Assembly (NCBI GenBank): GCA_049523215.1
Contig: JBEKNC010000002.1
Location: forward strand, 127,963 to 191,962
Source: Bacteroidota bacterium
GTDB taxonomy: Bacteria > Bacteroidota > Ignavibacteria > UBA10030
Direction of reading: 5' to 3'
DNA length: 64,000 bases
The notes under the pieces are model-generated. The model worked only from the letters and a program-made list of their open reading frames with translations. It was not told the DNA's origin and made no database searches. Each line of letters opens with the position of its first letter. The stretch's first letter is position 1. Of the stretch, positions 19,778 through 29,976 are shown piece by piece. Made by a program: the position numbers and the translations under genes.

Positions 19778-21088
19778 ATGAATCATCGAGAAGTTATCCA
19801 AAAAGCAAAAAAGTATATAACGCTTTTGAAGCTAGTCTTTATTCTGGTGTTTATAACACAAAGAATGCTATATGCAACTGGCGGCATACCTGCCGGCAGC
19901 GGCACGATTGCAGATCCGTTTCTCATAGCAGACTATGCCGATCTGAAGGTTGTCGGAACATCGACCGCTTATCCGGGTAGCGCGGTGTACCGTCTTGTCG
20001 CCGATATCGATGCTGCGGCATCGCAATCCGAAAATGCCGGCGCTGGATTTGTGCCCATCAACGACAGTACGATCAATTATTTTACCGGCACCTTTCATGG
20101 TGCGGTTCACGTCATCAGAAACCTGCATATCAGCGGTCCGGTCGGCAATAATGCAGCGCTTTTCGCAAATTTGTGGGGTGGAACGATCGACAGTCTGGGG
20201 GTGCTGAATGCGCATGTTACTGCCGATGGCGGATACGTCGGCATTCTCGTTTCAGATAATAATACCGGAACGATCACCAATTGCTATGTCACCGGAAGTG
20301 CGATAAACACCAACGGCAGTGCGGGGGGACTCGTTTGTGGAAGCACCGGCACTATCAGCAACTGCTTTTCAACCGCCAACGTTTCGGGCACAGATTATGT
20401 TGGCGGTCTCATGGCTACGAATAGCGATATCGCGAGCAACTGCTACACAACCGGCACTGTGTCGGGGCGCAACTATGTCGGCGGGATCGCAGGGGATAAT
20501 ACATCGACGCTCACCGACTGCTACGCAATCGGGAGCGTATCGGGAAGCGGTTTGTATATCGCCGGGATCGCGGGCGGGAATCATATTGCAACCGATTGCT
20601 ACTGGGACACACTCACGACGGGGTGTGCGTCAGGATGTGCATTTTCCTCAGGGTCGTTTTCCGGAGCCGGTTTGTCAACTGCTGAGATGAAGCAGTCGTC
20701 GTCGTACAGCGGATGGGATTTTACCACCATCTGGTCTATTAATCCGAGCATCAACGGCGGATATCCGTATCTTACGTCGAACATTATTACATCCGTTCAA
20801 GCGGCGGCAATCGGTACACCGAAATCCTTTTTGCTTCTGCAAAATTACCCCAATCCTTTTAATCCGACAACGACTATACGATTCTCGGTCGAGAAGGATG
20901 GCAGAGCGGCAGTAAAAGTGTTCGATATTTTGGGTCGCGAAATGGCGATATTGTTCTATAATGTTGCAAAAGCGGGACAGTACTATACATCGACATTCAA
21001 CGGGTCGAAATTTTCATCAGGCGTGTATTTTTATACTATCGAAAGCAACAATCAACATCTAGTGAAAAAGATGATGATATTGAAATAG
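19778..21088 (+). CDS. secreted GLUG-motif repeat protein with a type IX secretion system C-terminal sorting domain
   Basis: Signal peptide. Tandem NCYxTGxVSGxxYVGG(L/I)xGxN (GLUG-like) repeats. The C-terminus …QNYPNPFNPTTTIRFSV…VKVFDILGREMAIL…GVYFYTIES… matches the Por_Secre_tail/T9SS domain. Confidence 0.85.
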   Translation: MNHREVIQKAKKYITLLKLVFILVFITQRMLYATGGIPAGSGTIADPFLIADYADLKVVGTSTAYPGSAVYRLVADIDAAASQSENAGAGFVPINDSTINYFTGTFHGAVHVIRNLHISGPVGNNAALFANLWGGTIDSLGVLNAHVTADGGYVGILVSDNNTGTITNCYVTGSAINTNGSAGGLVCGSTGTISNCFSTANVSGTDYVGGLMATNSDIASNCYTTGTVSGRNYVGGIAGDNTSTLTDCYAIGSVSGSGLYIAGIAGGNHIATDCYWDTLTTGCASGCAFSSGSFSGAGLSTAEMKQSSSYSGWDFTTIWSINPSINGGYPYLTSNIITSVQAAAIGTPKSFLLLQNYPNPFNPTTTIRFSVEKDGRAAVKVFDILGREMAILFYNVAKAGQYYTSTFNGSKFSSGVYFYTIESNNQHLVKKMMILK

Positions 21089-21103
21089 TAAACTGCAATT
21101 GCG

Positions 21104-21194
21104 GCTGACCAGGCGCTCCCGCCTAAAAGACGGCGGGCAAGCAAGCTCGGCTTGTATAGAAGAATGCATCACGCGAGGCGGTCATGTGTTAGGC
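21104..21194 (+). repeat. attC-like site (short variant, left core degenerate GCTGAC)
   Basis: GGCTGACC AG GCGCTCCCGCC…GGCGGGCAAGCAAGCTCGGCTTGT…GGTCATGT GTTAGGC. Highly similar to the site at 19045-19128. Confidence 0.6.
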
Positions 21195-21247
21195 GGGCAG
21201 AAAAAAACTACAATTTTATCAAATATAAATTAAAAGCGAGAGGACTT

Positions 21248-21952
21248 ATGAAAGCTACACTCTATTGCTGTATGATTCTATTTATGTTTTCATGTGCCGT
21301 AAAGGCGCAGGATAGTACAAGTAATGTAAAAATAGATTCCGTGCTTTATTATCAAAAGAAGATGTTAAGTCAACAAGAAAAACTTTACAATGAAGTAGTA
21401 CGTTATAAAGAACCGCTGGAGAATAAAAAATTTGGTATCGAGATCAATCCGGCATATATGCTGTTCAGCAGTGCCCGTTCATATTTTGTGTTCAGCGGAG
21501 GATTTTCATTCTTCGATATAGACCGACACGCAGAAATTGCATGTCCAATTTTTTATCAGAACGGAGCCGGTAAAAACTCAGGAGTTCATGAATTGACGCT
21601 GTGGAATCAAGATATAGTATATCGGAAATTTTTGGGACAGCATCAGGACGGATTTTACCTTGAGGGGGGCTTACGATATACGCACATCAAAGGAGAATCT
21701 AACGATGGTGTTTCCATACTGGGAGTAAGTTTATTTTCAACATCTCCTACGTCAATAATAACCACGGATAAGCTGGGAGGGATGTTTGGCATCGGGTACA
21801 GGTATTTTTCGACATCAGGATTTTATTGGGGAACAAGTCTCGTGGTAGGGGCGTATTTTTCTGCTGATGAAAGAACAATACAAGGGATAATATTGGATGA
21901 TACAAAAACCATTTTTGATTTTGAAATACTGAAATTTGGTTATGCGTTCTAA
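21248..21952 (+). CDS. outer-membrane beta-barrel protein (cassette cargo)
   Basis: Signal peptide MKATLYCCMILFMFSCAVKAQ. Alternating amphipathic strands. C-terminal …FGYAF with a terminal Phe, typical of OMP barrels. Confidence 0.6.
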   Translation: MKATLYCCMILFMFSCAVKAQDSTSNVKIDSVLYYQKKMLSQQEKLYNEVVRYKEPLENKKFGIEINPAYMLFSSARSYFVFSGGFSFFDIDRHAEIACPIFYQNGAGKNSGVHELTLWNQDIVYRKFLGQHQDGFYLEGGLRYTHIKGESNDGVSILGVSLFSTSPTSIITTDKLGGMFGIGYRYFSTSGFYWGTSLVVGAYFSADERTIQGIILDDTKTIFDFEILKFGYAF

Positions 21953-21957
21953 CTGCG

Positions 21958-22023
21958 CCCTAACATCGGCGCTCACTCGGCTTATCCAGAAGAATGCGTC
22001 GCATTTAGGAGCTATCGTTAGGT
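21958..22023 (+). repeat. attC-like site (66 bp)
   Basis: CCCTAAC ATC GGCGCTCACTCGGCTT…GAGCTATC GTTAGGT. Confidence 0.55.
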
Positions 22024-22063
22024 GATCCGAAAACTGACCTGCATTCAAAAACAGGAAGATAAA

Positions 22064-22522
22064 ATGTCTATAAATGCAAAATACGTCCATACAAATTTGA
22101 TCGCACGCGATTGGCAAAAGCTATCGTCTTTTTATCAAGAGGTATTCGGATTCAAACCAGTTCCACCTGAGCGACATTATAAAGGTATCGACCTTGAACG
22201 TGGCACAGGTGTTCAAGGATCTGAACTTCATGGCATTCATCTACGAATGCCAGGATATGATGATAGTGGTCCGACATTGGAAATTTACTCTTACTCTATT
22301 CCAAAAGAAGGTCTAGTTCCGGCGGTCAATCGTCCTGGATTTGGACACATTGCATTATCAGTTGTTGATGTGATCAAGGCTCAAGATATCGTTTTGCAGG
22401 CAGGTGGAAAATCTGTGGGAGAAATTGTAACGTTGCAAACATCTGCAGGAGCTAAGGTAACTTGGTGCTATGTGACAGATCCTGAAGGCAATATTATCGA
22501 ATTACAATCGTGGTCAAAATAA
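22064..22522 (+). CDS. VOC-family (glyoxalase/bleomycin-resistance/dioxygenase fold) protein
   Basis: About 150 aa from MSINAKYVHTNLIARDW…FGHIALSVVDV…DPEGNIIEL, typical of VOC proteins. This is a classic cassette cargo type. Confidence 0.75.
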   Translation: MSINAKYVHTNLIARDWQKLSSFYQEVFGFKPVPPERHYKGIDLERGTGVQGSELHGIHLRMPGYDDSGPTLEIYSYSIPKEGLVPAVNRPGFGHIALSVVDVIKAQDIVLQAGGKSVGEIVTLQTSAGAKVTWCYVTDPEGNIIELQSWSK

Positions 22523-22554
22523 AAGAAGTCAATTCATCAGCAAGGAGGATTACC

Positions 22555-23979
22555 ATGAGCAGAAACTTCTTATCAACCGTGTGCTGCTTTTTTATTTTTA
22601 TAGGTACCTGTTCTCAAACACTTCTTGCTCAAACATCCGAAGGAACGCCGGCACTCACAGCCCATCAAAAATTGGCCCGCAGCATATTTCGCGAACTTAT
22701 TGAAACCAACACAACTATGAATATTGGGAGCGGGAAAGCAGCTGAAGCGATGGCTTCACGCTTGAAAGCTGCGGGCTTTTCCGATAACGATATTCAACTG
22801 GTGGGCCCACGTCCTCAGAATATGAACCTCATCGTACGCTACAAAGGCAAAGGTGCCCTTCGCCCCATTCTTTTTTTTGGGCATCTGGATGTTGTCGAAG
22901 CGCTCCGGCAGGATTGGTCGTTCGATCCGTTCGTCTTTCTTGAAAAAGACGGATTTTTTTATGGTCGCGGAACATCCGACATGAAGAACGAGGATGCAGA
23001 TATCGTCGCAAACCTTATACGCCTGAAAAGTGAAGGATTCGAGCCAAATAGAGACATCATTGTGGCTTTGACGGAACACGAAGAGGGGGGTGACGCAAAC
23101 GGTATCAAGTGGCTCCTCGCAAATCGACGTGACCTCATCGATGCAGAGTTCGCCATTAACCTTGAAGGCGGTGGAGGCGATATTAAGAGCGGCAAATACT
23201 TTCTGATGGATATACAAACGGGCGAAAAGGTCTACGTGAGCTTCCAACTCGAAGTCAAGAACAAGGGCGGTCATAGCTCTTTACCAGTGAAAGACAACGC
23301 CATCTACCGACTTGCAGCAGGACTCTCGCGCCTGGCACAATACGAATTCCCAATTAGGCTTAATGAGACCACCCGGACATTTTTTCAACGGGCAGCCAGT
23401 CAAGAAAGCGGACAGGCCGCAGCAGATATGCTAGCAATCTTGAAAATACCAATTGATACGTCTGCTTCCAATCGCCTCTGCGCGTCCTCCGCTTATTACA
23501 ATGCATTACTGCGAACGACATGTGTTGCAACGATGCTCTCAGCCGGACATGCCGAGAACGCTCTGCCTCAGACTGCCCGTGCTGTTGTCAATTGTCGCAT
23601 GCTGCCAGATGATTCTATAGAGAATGTAATCGCGACCCTGACTCGTATCCTTGCCGACAGTCAAATTGCCGTCTCGCAAATCAGCCAAATGAATTTAAGT
23701 CCTCTTTCGCCGCTCCGCAAAGACGTGATGGATAACGTCGAGAAACTCACGGCCTCGATGTGGCCGGGAGTAACAGTGACTCCCGTTATGTCCACCGGTG
23801 CATCTGATGGCAGATACCTGCGCAAGGCGGGAATCCCGGTCTATGGTGTCTCAGGCATTTTTGACGATGTTGATGACATTCGTGCACACGGTAGAGATGA
23901 GAGGATTGGCATTCAAGATTTCTACAATGGGGTCGAGTTCATGTACAGGTTTATCAAGGCTCTTACCTCGGGATCGTAG
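22555..23979 (+). CDS. secreted M20-family metallopeptidase (ArgE/DapE/carboxypeptidase G2-like)
   Basis: Signal peptide, then GHLDVV…DMKNEDADIV…EHEEGG…the dimerisation domain…HGRDERI. This pattern of M20 metal ligands supports the call. Confidence 0.85.
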   Translation: MSRNFLSTVCCFFIFIGTCSQTLLAQTSEGTPALTAHQKLARSIFRELIETNTTMNIGSGKAAEAMASRLKAAGFSDNDIQLVGPRPQNMNLIVRYKGKGALRPILFFGHLDVVEALRQDWSFDPFVFLEKDGFFYGRGTSDMKNEDADIVANLIRLKSEGFEPNRDIIVALTEHEEGGDANGIKWLLANRRDLIDAEFAINLEGGGGDIKSGKYFLMDIQTGEKVYVSFQLEVKNKGGHSSLPVKDNAIYRLAAGLSRLAQYEFPIRLNETTRTFFQRAASQESGQAAADMLAILKIPIDTSASNRLCASSAYYNALLRTTCVATMLSAGHAENALPQTARAVVNCRMLPDDSIENVIATLTRILADSQIAVSQISQMNLSPLSPLRKDVMDNVEKLTASMWPGVTVTPVMSTGASDGRYLRKAGIPVYGVSGIFDDVDDIRAHGRDERIGIQDFYNGVEFMYRFIKALTSGS

Positions 23980-24013
23980 CTTGATGATGCGAACCCAATA
24001 GCAACATATTGCG

Positions 24014-24081
24014 CCCTAATCCGGCGCTCAAGTCCCGCTATCAATATTAATTCTAATGTAGCGGGATGGCGCCTGCTAACA
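24014..24081 (+). repeat. degenerate attC-like inverted repeat
   Basis: CCCTAAT CC GGCGCTCAAGTCCCGCTA … TAGCGGGATGGCGCC TGCTAACA. The internal imperfect inverted repeat is retained and the terminal cores are decayed. Confidence 0.4.
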
Positions 24082-24187
24082 TCTTGAAGCAAATTTTGTG
24101 AAAAGGTTAGAGTAGCGTCCGACACGTTGTCGGACATTTATAGGATCATTGCGATAAATTCGTCCATCTACGAGATGGACTCTACAC

Positions 24188-24934
24188 TCACGTCAGCTTC
24201 GCTAAAAGAAATTCCCTGTTGAGCCGCGCAATGTGTGTCACAGAAATTCCTTTTGGACATTCGGCTTCACACGCATAGTTGTTGGAACAATTTCCAAATC
24301 CCTCTTTGTCCATTTGAGCAACCATTTTCTGAACTCGCTCCTTGCGCTCCGGTTGACCCTGAGGCAGCAATGCAAATTGCGATACTTTAGCCGCAACAAA
24401 CAACATGGCAGAGGAATTCGGACATGCAGCCACGCACGCTCCGCATCCGATGCATGCTGCTGCATCCATTGCTTCTTCAGCGTTCTCCTTAGGCACAAGA
24501 GTGGAATTCGCGTCCGGCACACCTCCGGTTCGCACAGAAATAAATCCTCCTGCCTGCATAATCCTGTCAAACGCTGTTCTATCCACAATAAGGTCTTTGA
24601 TAACCGGAAATGGATTTGCGCGCCATGGTTCGACGGTGATTGTTTGCCCATCAGTGAAGCTTCGCATCCGCACGTCACAGGTTGCCTGCTTGCGCCCTTT
24701 ACCGTGTGCGCGTCCGTTGATCATCATCCCGCAGCTCCCGCAAATGCCCTCACGGCAATCATGATCGAATGCAACCGGTTCTTGATCTCCTATCACCAGT
24801 TGGTTATTCAGCACATCCAACATCTCCAGGAACGATGCATCTGGCGAAATATTCCTCACCTCGTACGTTTCAAATTTTCCCGTATCATTCTGATTCTTCT
24901 GCCGCCAAATTTTTAATGTAAAGTTCATGCTCAT
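24188..24934 (-). CDS. sdhB: succinate dehydrogenase/fumarate reductase iron-sulfur subunit
   Basis: Cys ligands of a 2Fe-2S cluster ([11 protein letters not shown]) plus two 4Fe ferredoxin motifs ([12 protein letters not shown]…CEAECP). Confidence 0.9.
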   Translation of the reverse strand: MSMNFTLKIWRQKNQNDTGKFETYEVRNISPDASFLEMLDVLNNQLVIGDQEPVAFDHDCREGICGSCGMMINGRAHGKGRKQATCDVRMRSFTDGQTITVEPWRANPFPVIKDLIVDRTAFDRIMQAGGFISVRTGGVPDANSTLVPKENAEEAMDAAACIGCGACVAACPNSSAMLFVAAKVSQFALLPQGQPERKERVQKMVAQMDKEGFGNCSNNYACEAECPKGISVTHIARLNREFLLAKLT

Positions 24935-25025
24935 TGTTCCTCATCATTAACTCATCAATACCATGGATTGCCTTTGGATTTTGTTCCAATCGCCATGTTA
25001 TATTTCTGTCCCCCTCTAAGGAGGA

Positions 25026-25415
25026 CTATAGTGGGTCTAAAGATTTGCCAGTTCGCACTTTCACATGTTCATAGATATCCTGCATTACTCCATCTTCATT
25101 TTCGAAGATATCAAAATTAGAATATCGAATTACTTTACAGCCAATTCCATGCAAGTAATCGTCTCTTTCGATATCATTTTGCATTCCTTTGTTTGTATAG
25201 TGCTGACTACCATCAAGTTCAATGATAAGTTTCGCTTTTGCACTATAGAAGTCGACAACATAACGACCACAAGGGAATTGTCGACGGAATTTCACACCTA
25301 ACTGATTCCCTCTTAACAAAGCCCATAGTTTTCTTTCCGCATCGGTCATCTGTTTGCGAAGCACTCGTGCAATTGGCATTAATGACCTAGAATGTTGCGC
25401 AAGATGTTTCTTCAT
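25026..25415 (-). CDS. DUF559 (Vsr-like endonuclease-fold) domain protein inserted between sdhA and sdhB
   Basis: 129 aa with …RRQFPCGRYVVDFY…LIIELDGSQH…DIERDDYLHGIGCKVIRY…, typical of the DUF559 / very-short-patch-repair-like family. Confidence 0.7.
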   Translation of the reverse strand: MKKHLAQHSRSLMPIARVLRKQMTDAERKLWALLRGNQLGVKFRRQFPCGRYVVDFYSAKAKLIIELDGSQHYTNKGMQNDIERDDYLHGIGCKVIRYSNFDIFENEDGVMQDIYEHVKVRTGKSLDPL

Positions 25416-25481
25416 CGCTTATGACCTCACCCTATCCCTCTCCTTGGAGGAGAGGGAATTGGATTTTAACATTTCAAATCC

Positions 25482-27395
25482 TCATTTATAGCTGCGTTCC
25501 GAGGGCTTCACATACTCAAATGTAAACGGTTCTTTGTTCAACTTCGGTTTCTTGCCGTCGCCTGTAAATTCCCACGCCGCTGCGTATGCAAATTTTTTGT
25601 CATTCCGAAGTGCTTCACCTTCCGGTGTTTGGCACTCTTCTCGGAAATGCCCTCCGCATGATTCTTTCCTGTGCAATGCATCGAATGCTAATAGTTCCGC
25701 CAACTCCAGAAAATCAGCGATGCGTCCAGCTTTTTCTAACTCGATGCTGAGATTACCAGAATCACCAACAACTTTTGCATCATTCCAGAATTCTTTCCGA
25801 ATTTCCAAAATCAACTTCAATGCTTTCTTCAATCCTTTCTCATTCCGCCCCATCCCGACAAATTCCCACAAGACTTTGCCAAGCTTCTTGTGGATTTCAT
25901 TTACAGGTTGTTTACCATTGATGGCGAGAAGTTTTTCCACTCGCTCAGCAACGCTCTTATTCGCCTTCTCGAACTCCGAATGACTGGTCGCAAGAGACGA
26001 AAATTTTGTCTTCGCAAGATAATCACTCAGTGTGTAAGGCAGAATGAAGTACCCATCCGCCAAGCCTTGCATCAGGGCGCTGGCGCCGAGACGATTTGCG
26101 CCGTGATCGGAAAAGTTTGCTTCACCGATAACAAACAAACCAGGAATCGTGCTCATCAAATTGTAATCGACCCACAACCCGCCCATGGTATAATGGACGG
26201 CGGGATAGATGCGCATGGGATCTGCATATGGATCTTCGGCAGTGATTTCATGGTACATATCAAAGAGGTTGCCGTACTTCTCTTCGATCCAATGTTTCCC
26301 ATTTCTCTTGATCGCATCTGCAAAATCGAGGTACACTGCCATCTTTGTCTTCCCGACACCAAGACCTTTGTCGCATATTTCTTTCGCCCGGCGAGAAGCA
26401 ACATCGCGCGGCACTAAATTGCCAAATGAAGGATAGAGACGTTCGAGATAATAATCGCGTTCATCTTCCGGAATCTGCAATGGTGCGCGTGAGTCGCCTG
26501 ATTTCTTCGGCACCCAGATGCGCCCATCGTTTCGCAGGCTTTCGCTCATAAGAGTCAACTTAGATTGATAATCGCCGCTCACCGGAATGCATGTGGGATG
26601 AATTTGCGTGAAGCATGGATTCGCAAACAACGCACCTTTCTTATAGGCACGCCAGATGGCTGTCGCATTACTCGCCTTTGCCATTGTGGAAAGATAGAAA
26701 GTATTGCCGTATCCACCGGTCGCAAGCACGACTGCATCCGCGACATACGACTCGATCACGCCGGTTCTCAAATTTCGACAGATGATACCGCGTGCCATTC
26801 CATCAACAACAACCAACTCCATCATCTCCCGCCGATCAAAGAATTTTACGGCACCCTCACTGATCTGACGGCTTAAAGCAGAATATGCACCAAGCAATAG
26901 TTGCTGGCCCGTTTGCCCGCGCGAATAAAATGTCCGCGATACTTGAGCACCGCCAAAAGAACGCATGTCGAGATACCCGGCATAGTCACGGGCAAACGGC
27001 ACACCTTGTGCAACACACTGATCGATGATGCTTCCGCTCACTTCAGCGAGTCGGTAAACATTCGCTTCCCGCGCTCGGTAATCGCCGCCTTTTAACGTAT
27101 CGTAAAACAAACGATAGATGCTATCGCCGTCGTTTGCATAATTTTTCGGTGCGTTGATACCGCCTTGGGCTGCAATACTGTGCGCACGCCGCGGTGATTC
27201 ATGATAGGATAATGAAATCACATTATAACCAAGCTCTGCCAATGAAGCTGCAGCAGAAGCTCCAGCCAGACCGGTTCCGACTACTATGATAGAATACTTT
27301 CGTCGATTTGATGGATTGACTAATTTCATATTGAAGCGATGATTGGACCATTTTTTTTCGATGGGCCCATCGGGAATTTTGGAGTCAAGCGTCAT
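25482..27395 (-). CDS. sdhA: succinate dehydrogenase/fumarate reductase flavoprotein subunit
   Basis: FAD-binding GxGxAG ([12 protein letters not shown]), covalent-FAD His region ([11 protein letters not shown]), and the conserved catalytic blocks of FrdA/SdhA. I placed the start at MTLDSKIP, which abuts the upstream cytochrome b gene. Confidence 0.9.
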   Translation of the reverse strand: MTLDSKIPDGPIEKKWSNHRFNMKLVNPSNRRKYSIIVVGTGLAGASAAASLAELGYNVISLSYHESPRRAHSIAAQGGINAPKNYANDGDSIYRLFYDTLKGGDYRAREANVYRLAEVSGSIIDQCVAQGVPFARDYAGYLDMRSFGGAQVSRTFYSRGQTGQQLLLGAYSALSRQISEGAVKFFDRREMMELVVVDGMARGIICRNLRTGVIESYVADAVVLATGGYGNTFYLSTMAKASNATAIWRAYKKGALFANPCFTQIHPTCIPVSGDYQSKLTLMSESLRNDGRIWVPKKSGDSRAPLQIPEDERDYYLERLYPSFGNLVPRDVASRRAKEICDKGLGVGKTKMAVYLDFADAIKRNGKHWIEEKYGNLFDMYHEITAEDPYADPMRIYPAVHYTMGGLWVDYNLMSTIPGLFVIGEANFSDHGANRLGASALMQGLADGYFILPYTLSDYLAKTKFSSLATSHSEFEKANKSVAERVEKLLAINGKQPVNEIHKKLGKVLWEFVGMGRNEKGLKKALKLILEIRKEFWNDAKVVGDSGNLSIELEKAGRIADFLELAELLAFDALHRKESCGGHFREECQTPEGEALRNDKKFAYAAAWEFTGDGKKPKLNKEPFTFEYVKPSERSYK

Positions 27396-27397
27396 AG

Positions 27398-28096
27398 TCA
27401 ATGAACCCCCATAATCACGGTTGATGCAGCTTGGTGAAAGAAAAAGAAATAGATCGGAATGGCGGCAAAACCGAGCGGAATTAAAAACCAAACGATACAT
27501 GCTAAGAGATCAAGAAATGGAGTGTATGTTTTATTTCGCAGTCCGAGTGTCTGGAATGCTGATTGAAATCCATGCCGCAAGTGGTACCCCAGCACAAAGA
27601 GGGCAATGAGATAAAAAATAACATACCAAGGGTTTGCAAAGGCATCAACAATGAGTTTGTATGATGAGATCTTTTCTCCCCCAAAACGAGAAGGATATAA
27701 TGGAATAAAAAAAGATCGAAGGTGAATGACAAGAAAGAAAAAGATAATGCTTCCAGTCCAAATAACGGTACGAGAAGAAAGCGTTGTATTGTCTTTCGAT
27801 CGAAAGAGTTCGTACTTGATTGGACGCTTCATCTTATTTGTGAGCCATAATGTAGCACCGAGAAGTGCATGGCCAACAATCGAGAGAAAAAGGAATATCT
27901 CGATGGTAAGAACAACAGGATTATGGACAAGGAATTCGCCGTATGCTTCGAAGGTTTTCCCATTGTCGTGAAATAAGACGAGCAGGAGATTGCCGATGAG
28001 ATGTTCCGTCAGAAAGATGATCAGGAACAAACCGGTGAGACTCATCAAGACTTTCTTGCCGATAGACGAGTAATAAAAAGCAAAGATATTGTTCAT
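27398..28096 (-). CDS. sdhC: succinate dehydrogenase/fumarate reductase cytochrome b subunit (b558 family)
   Basis: 232 aa with 5 TM helices and conserved His residues. First gene of the sdhCAB cluster. Confidence 0.75.
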   Translation of the reverse strand: MNNIFAFYYSSIGKKVLMSLTGLFLIIFLTEHLIGNLLLVLFHDNGKTFEAYGEFLVHNPVVLTIEIFLFLSIVGHALLGATLWLTNKMKRPIKYELFRSKDNTTLSSRTVIWTGSIIFFFLVIHLRSFFIPLYPSRFGGEKISSYKLIVDAFANPWYVIFYLIALFVLGYHLRHGFQSAFQTLGLRNKTYTPFLDLLACIVWFLIPLGFAAIPIYFFFFHQAASTVIMGVH

Positions 28097-28234
28097 AGAA
28101 ATTTATTTGTGTGGTTTAACAACAGTGCTCTTCCCTGAGTGTTTAATTACACCACCATTTAATGCCAATTTTTCACTGTTGAGAGTGTAGGGAAGATTTT
28201 CGGGAAAAGCAATGAGGTTGGAGTTGGAAGTTAC

Positions 28235-29113
28235 TTAGTTACTCACACCCTCACTAATGAAACGGCGGACAGAAATCATACTTCCGAACAACCCAAGTAC
28301 ACAACCAACCCCGACGATGATACTATAGTAGTACGGTTGAACATGGACAAATTCCGAAAGAGAGACAGTAAGCCACTGCTCCAGATAGTTGAACAGCACA
28401 AATACGATGCCTGCTGCAATCAATCCGCCAAGCAGACCCTGAAGAAATCCCTCCAGCAAAAACGGTAGTCGAATGAAACCGCGCGTGGCGCCGATTAGCT
28501 TCATTGTCTGTATAATTTTACGTTTAGCATAAATGGCAAGACGGATAGTGTTCGCTACAAGAATAACAGAGGAAAGGGTAATAAAGATACCTACGCCAAA
28601 CGTAATCCAGAGAAACAACTTGGCGCGCTCGTCCAGCATTTCCAATAACTGCTTACGGTAGATAACATCATCCACACCTTTGAGAGATTTTACTTGATGA
28701 ACGATACTCTCGGCATGCTTTGCCGTCTTATAGCCATCTTTCAAAAATATTTTGAGTGATGCAGGTAACGGATTGAAGTTCAGTATCTTGTAGATGTCTT
28801 CACCAAATTCTTGTTGAAAAATCTTTGCTGCTTCTTCTTTTGAAACATAACGCACTTCGCGTACACCATCCAACATCTCCACCAATCCCTTCACTTCGGT
28901 AATTTTATCATTAGAGAGTTGATCGTTCAGGAAGGCTTCCATCTCTACTTTCTCTCGGAGTGAGTTTACCACACTATTTGCATTGAGAAAGAGAATCGCA
29001 AAAAAACTGAGCAGCAACAACGACACGCAGATGGTGAAGACTGCGGCAAACATCGACAGCTTCGCGCGTTTGAATCCTGAGAATCCTTCTTTCAACACAT
29101 ATCGTAGTTGCAT
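28235..29113 (-). CDS. ftsX: cell-division ABC-transporter permease-like protein FtsX
   Basis: N-terminal cytoplasmic LRYVLKEGFSGFKR motif, a large periplasmic loop, and three C-terminal TM helices. I chose the start at MQLRY so it does not overlap pheA. Confidence 0.8.
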   Translation of the reverse strand: MQLRYVLKEGFSGFKRAKLSMFAAVFTICVSLLLLSFFAILFLNANSVVNSLREKVEMEAFLNDQLSNDKITEVKGLVEMLDGVREVRYVSKEEAAKIFQQEFGEDIYKILNFNPLPASLKIFLKDGYKTAKHAESIVHQVKSLKGVDDVIYRKQLLEMLDERAKLFLWITFGVGIFITLSSVILVANTIRLAIYAKRKIIQTMKLIGATRGFIRLPFLLEGFLQGLLGGLIAAGIVFVLFNYLEQWLTVSLSEFVHVQPYYYSIIVGVGCVLGLFGSMISVRRFISEGVSN

Positions 29114-29120
29114 GGCTCTC

Positions 29121-29975
29121 TCATTTACTCCGATGTGAACCGCGATCACTTTCGAATGGGCGATAACTACCCAGCACTCGCACTAATGTGCACATTTCTT
29201 TCAAGTGATTCAATGCCTGCCGAAGCGGATCGCTGTTCGGCGTTCCTTCAACATCAAGGTAAAAAAGATATTCCCACGGCTTTCCGATGAGCGGACGCGA
29301 TTCGACCTTCAGTAAATTGATGTCGCGAAGAGCAAATACAGCCAACGCTTTGAAGAGCGAACCGGGAATATTCTTCGCAGCAAAGACAAGCGATGTTTTC
29401 ACCATGCCGTGCGGCTGAACCGGTTTGCGCGAGAGCGCTATGAAGCGTGTGAAATTACGATGATCACTTTCTACATTCCGCTTCAGTATGTGCAGTGAGT
29501 GTGCCCGGGCGGCTTGTTCGCTCGCAAGAGCGGCGGCGTCATGCTGTCGGCGTTCACGGATAAATCGCGCTGCAGCTGCGGTATCGTGCACTGCTTCTAC
29601 TTTGACATTCTTCAGTTTACCGAGAAAATTTTCGCACTGACCAATCGCCTGCAACTGAGAATAGATCGTGCGGATACTGCTCTGTTTGGTTTCCGGGAGC
29701 GCCATCAAATGCAGTTCTATGCGGAGTTTCACTTCACCGATGATAAAGAGCTTGTGCTTCAGAAGAAGATCATATACCTGATGGATACTTCCGAAAAGCG
29801 AGTTTTCAATCGGGACGATACAACGACCCGCAGTATGTCGTTCAGTATCAGCAAAGACCTCAGAGAAAGTTGGCAATGGTTTCAATGCAGAATGTGCGCC
29901 AAAGAATTGCCGCGCTGCCTGTTCGCTGAATGACCCGGGTTCACCTTGATATGCAATCATAGTTTGTCTTTTCAT
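29121..29975 (-). CDS. pheA: prephenate dehydratase with C-terminal ACT domain
   Basis: The opening IAYQGEPGSFSEQAA… and the TRF/ESRP motifs match the family (GSF for the usual GAFS). The C-terminal ACT regulatory domain is present. Confidence 0.85.
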   Translation of the reverse strand: MKRQTMIAYQGEPGSFSEQAARQFFGAHSALKPLPTFSEVFADTERHTAGRCIVPIENSLFGSIHQVYDLLLKHKLFIIGEVKLRIELHLMALPETKQSSIRTIYSQLQAIGQCENFLGKLKNVKVEAVHDTAAAARFIRERRQHDAAALASEQAARAHSLHILKRNVESDHRNFTRFIALSRKPVQPHGMVKTSLVFAAKNIPGSLFKALAVFALRDINLLKVESRPLIGKPWEYLFYLDVEGTPNSDPLRQALNHLKEMCTLVRVLGSYRPFESDRGSHRSK

Positions 29976-29976
29976 T

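Larger units (their letters stand above)
16854..24081 (+). mobile_element. integron-like gene-cassette array I (plus-strand cargo, attC-like sites of 66-160 bp); no intI visible
   Basis: Six consecutive gene units (eight CDSs in all) are each followed by an element. Each element reads, on the coding strand, GCCTAAC-(CAG/TAG)-GCGCTC… …GTTAGGC. All cargo genes are co-oriented with the elements and are AT-rich. Confidence 0.6.
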
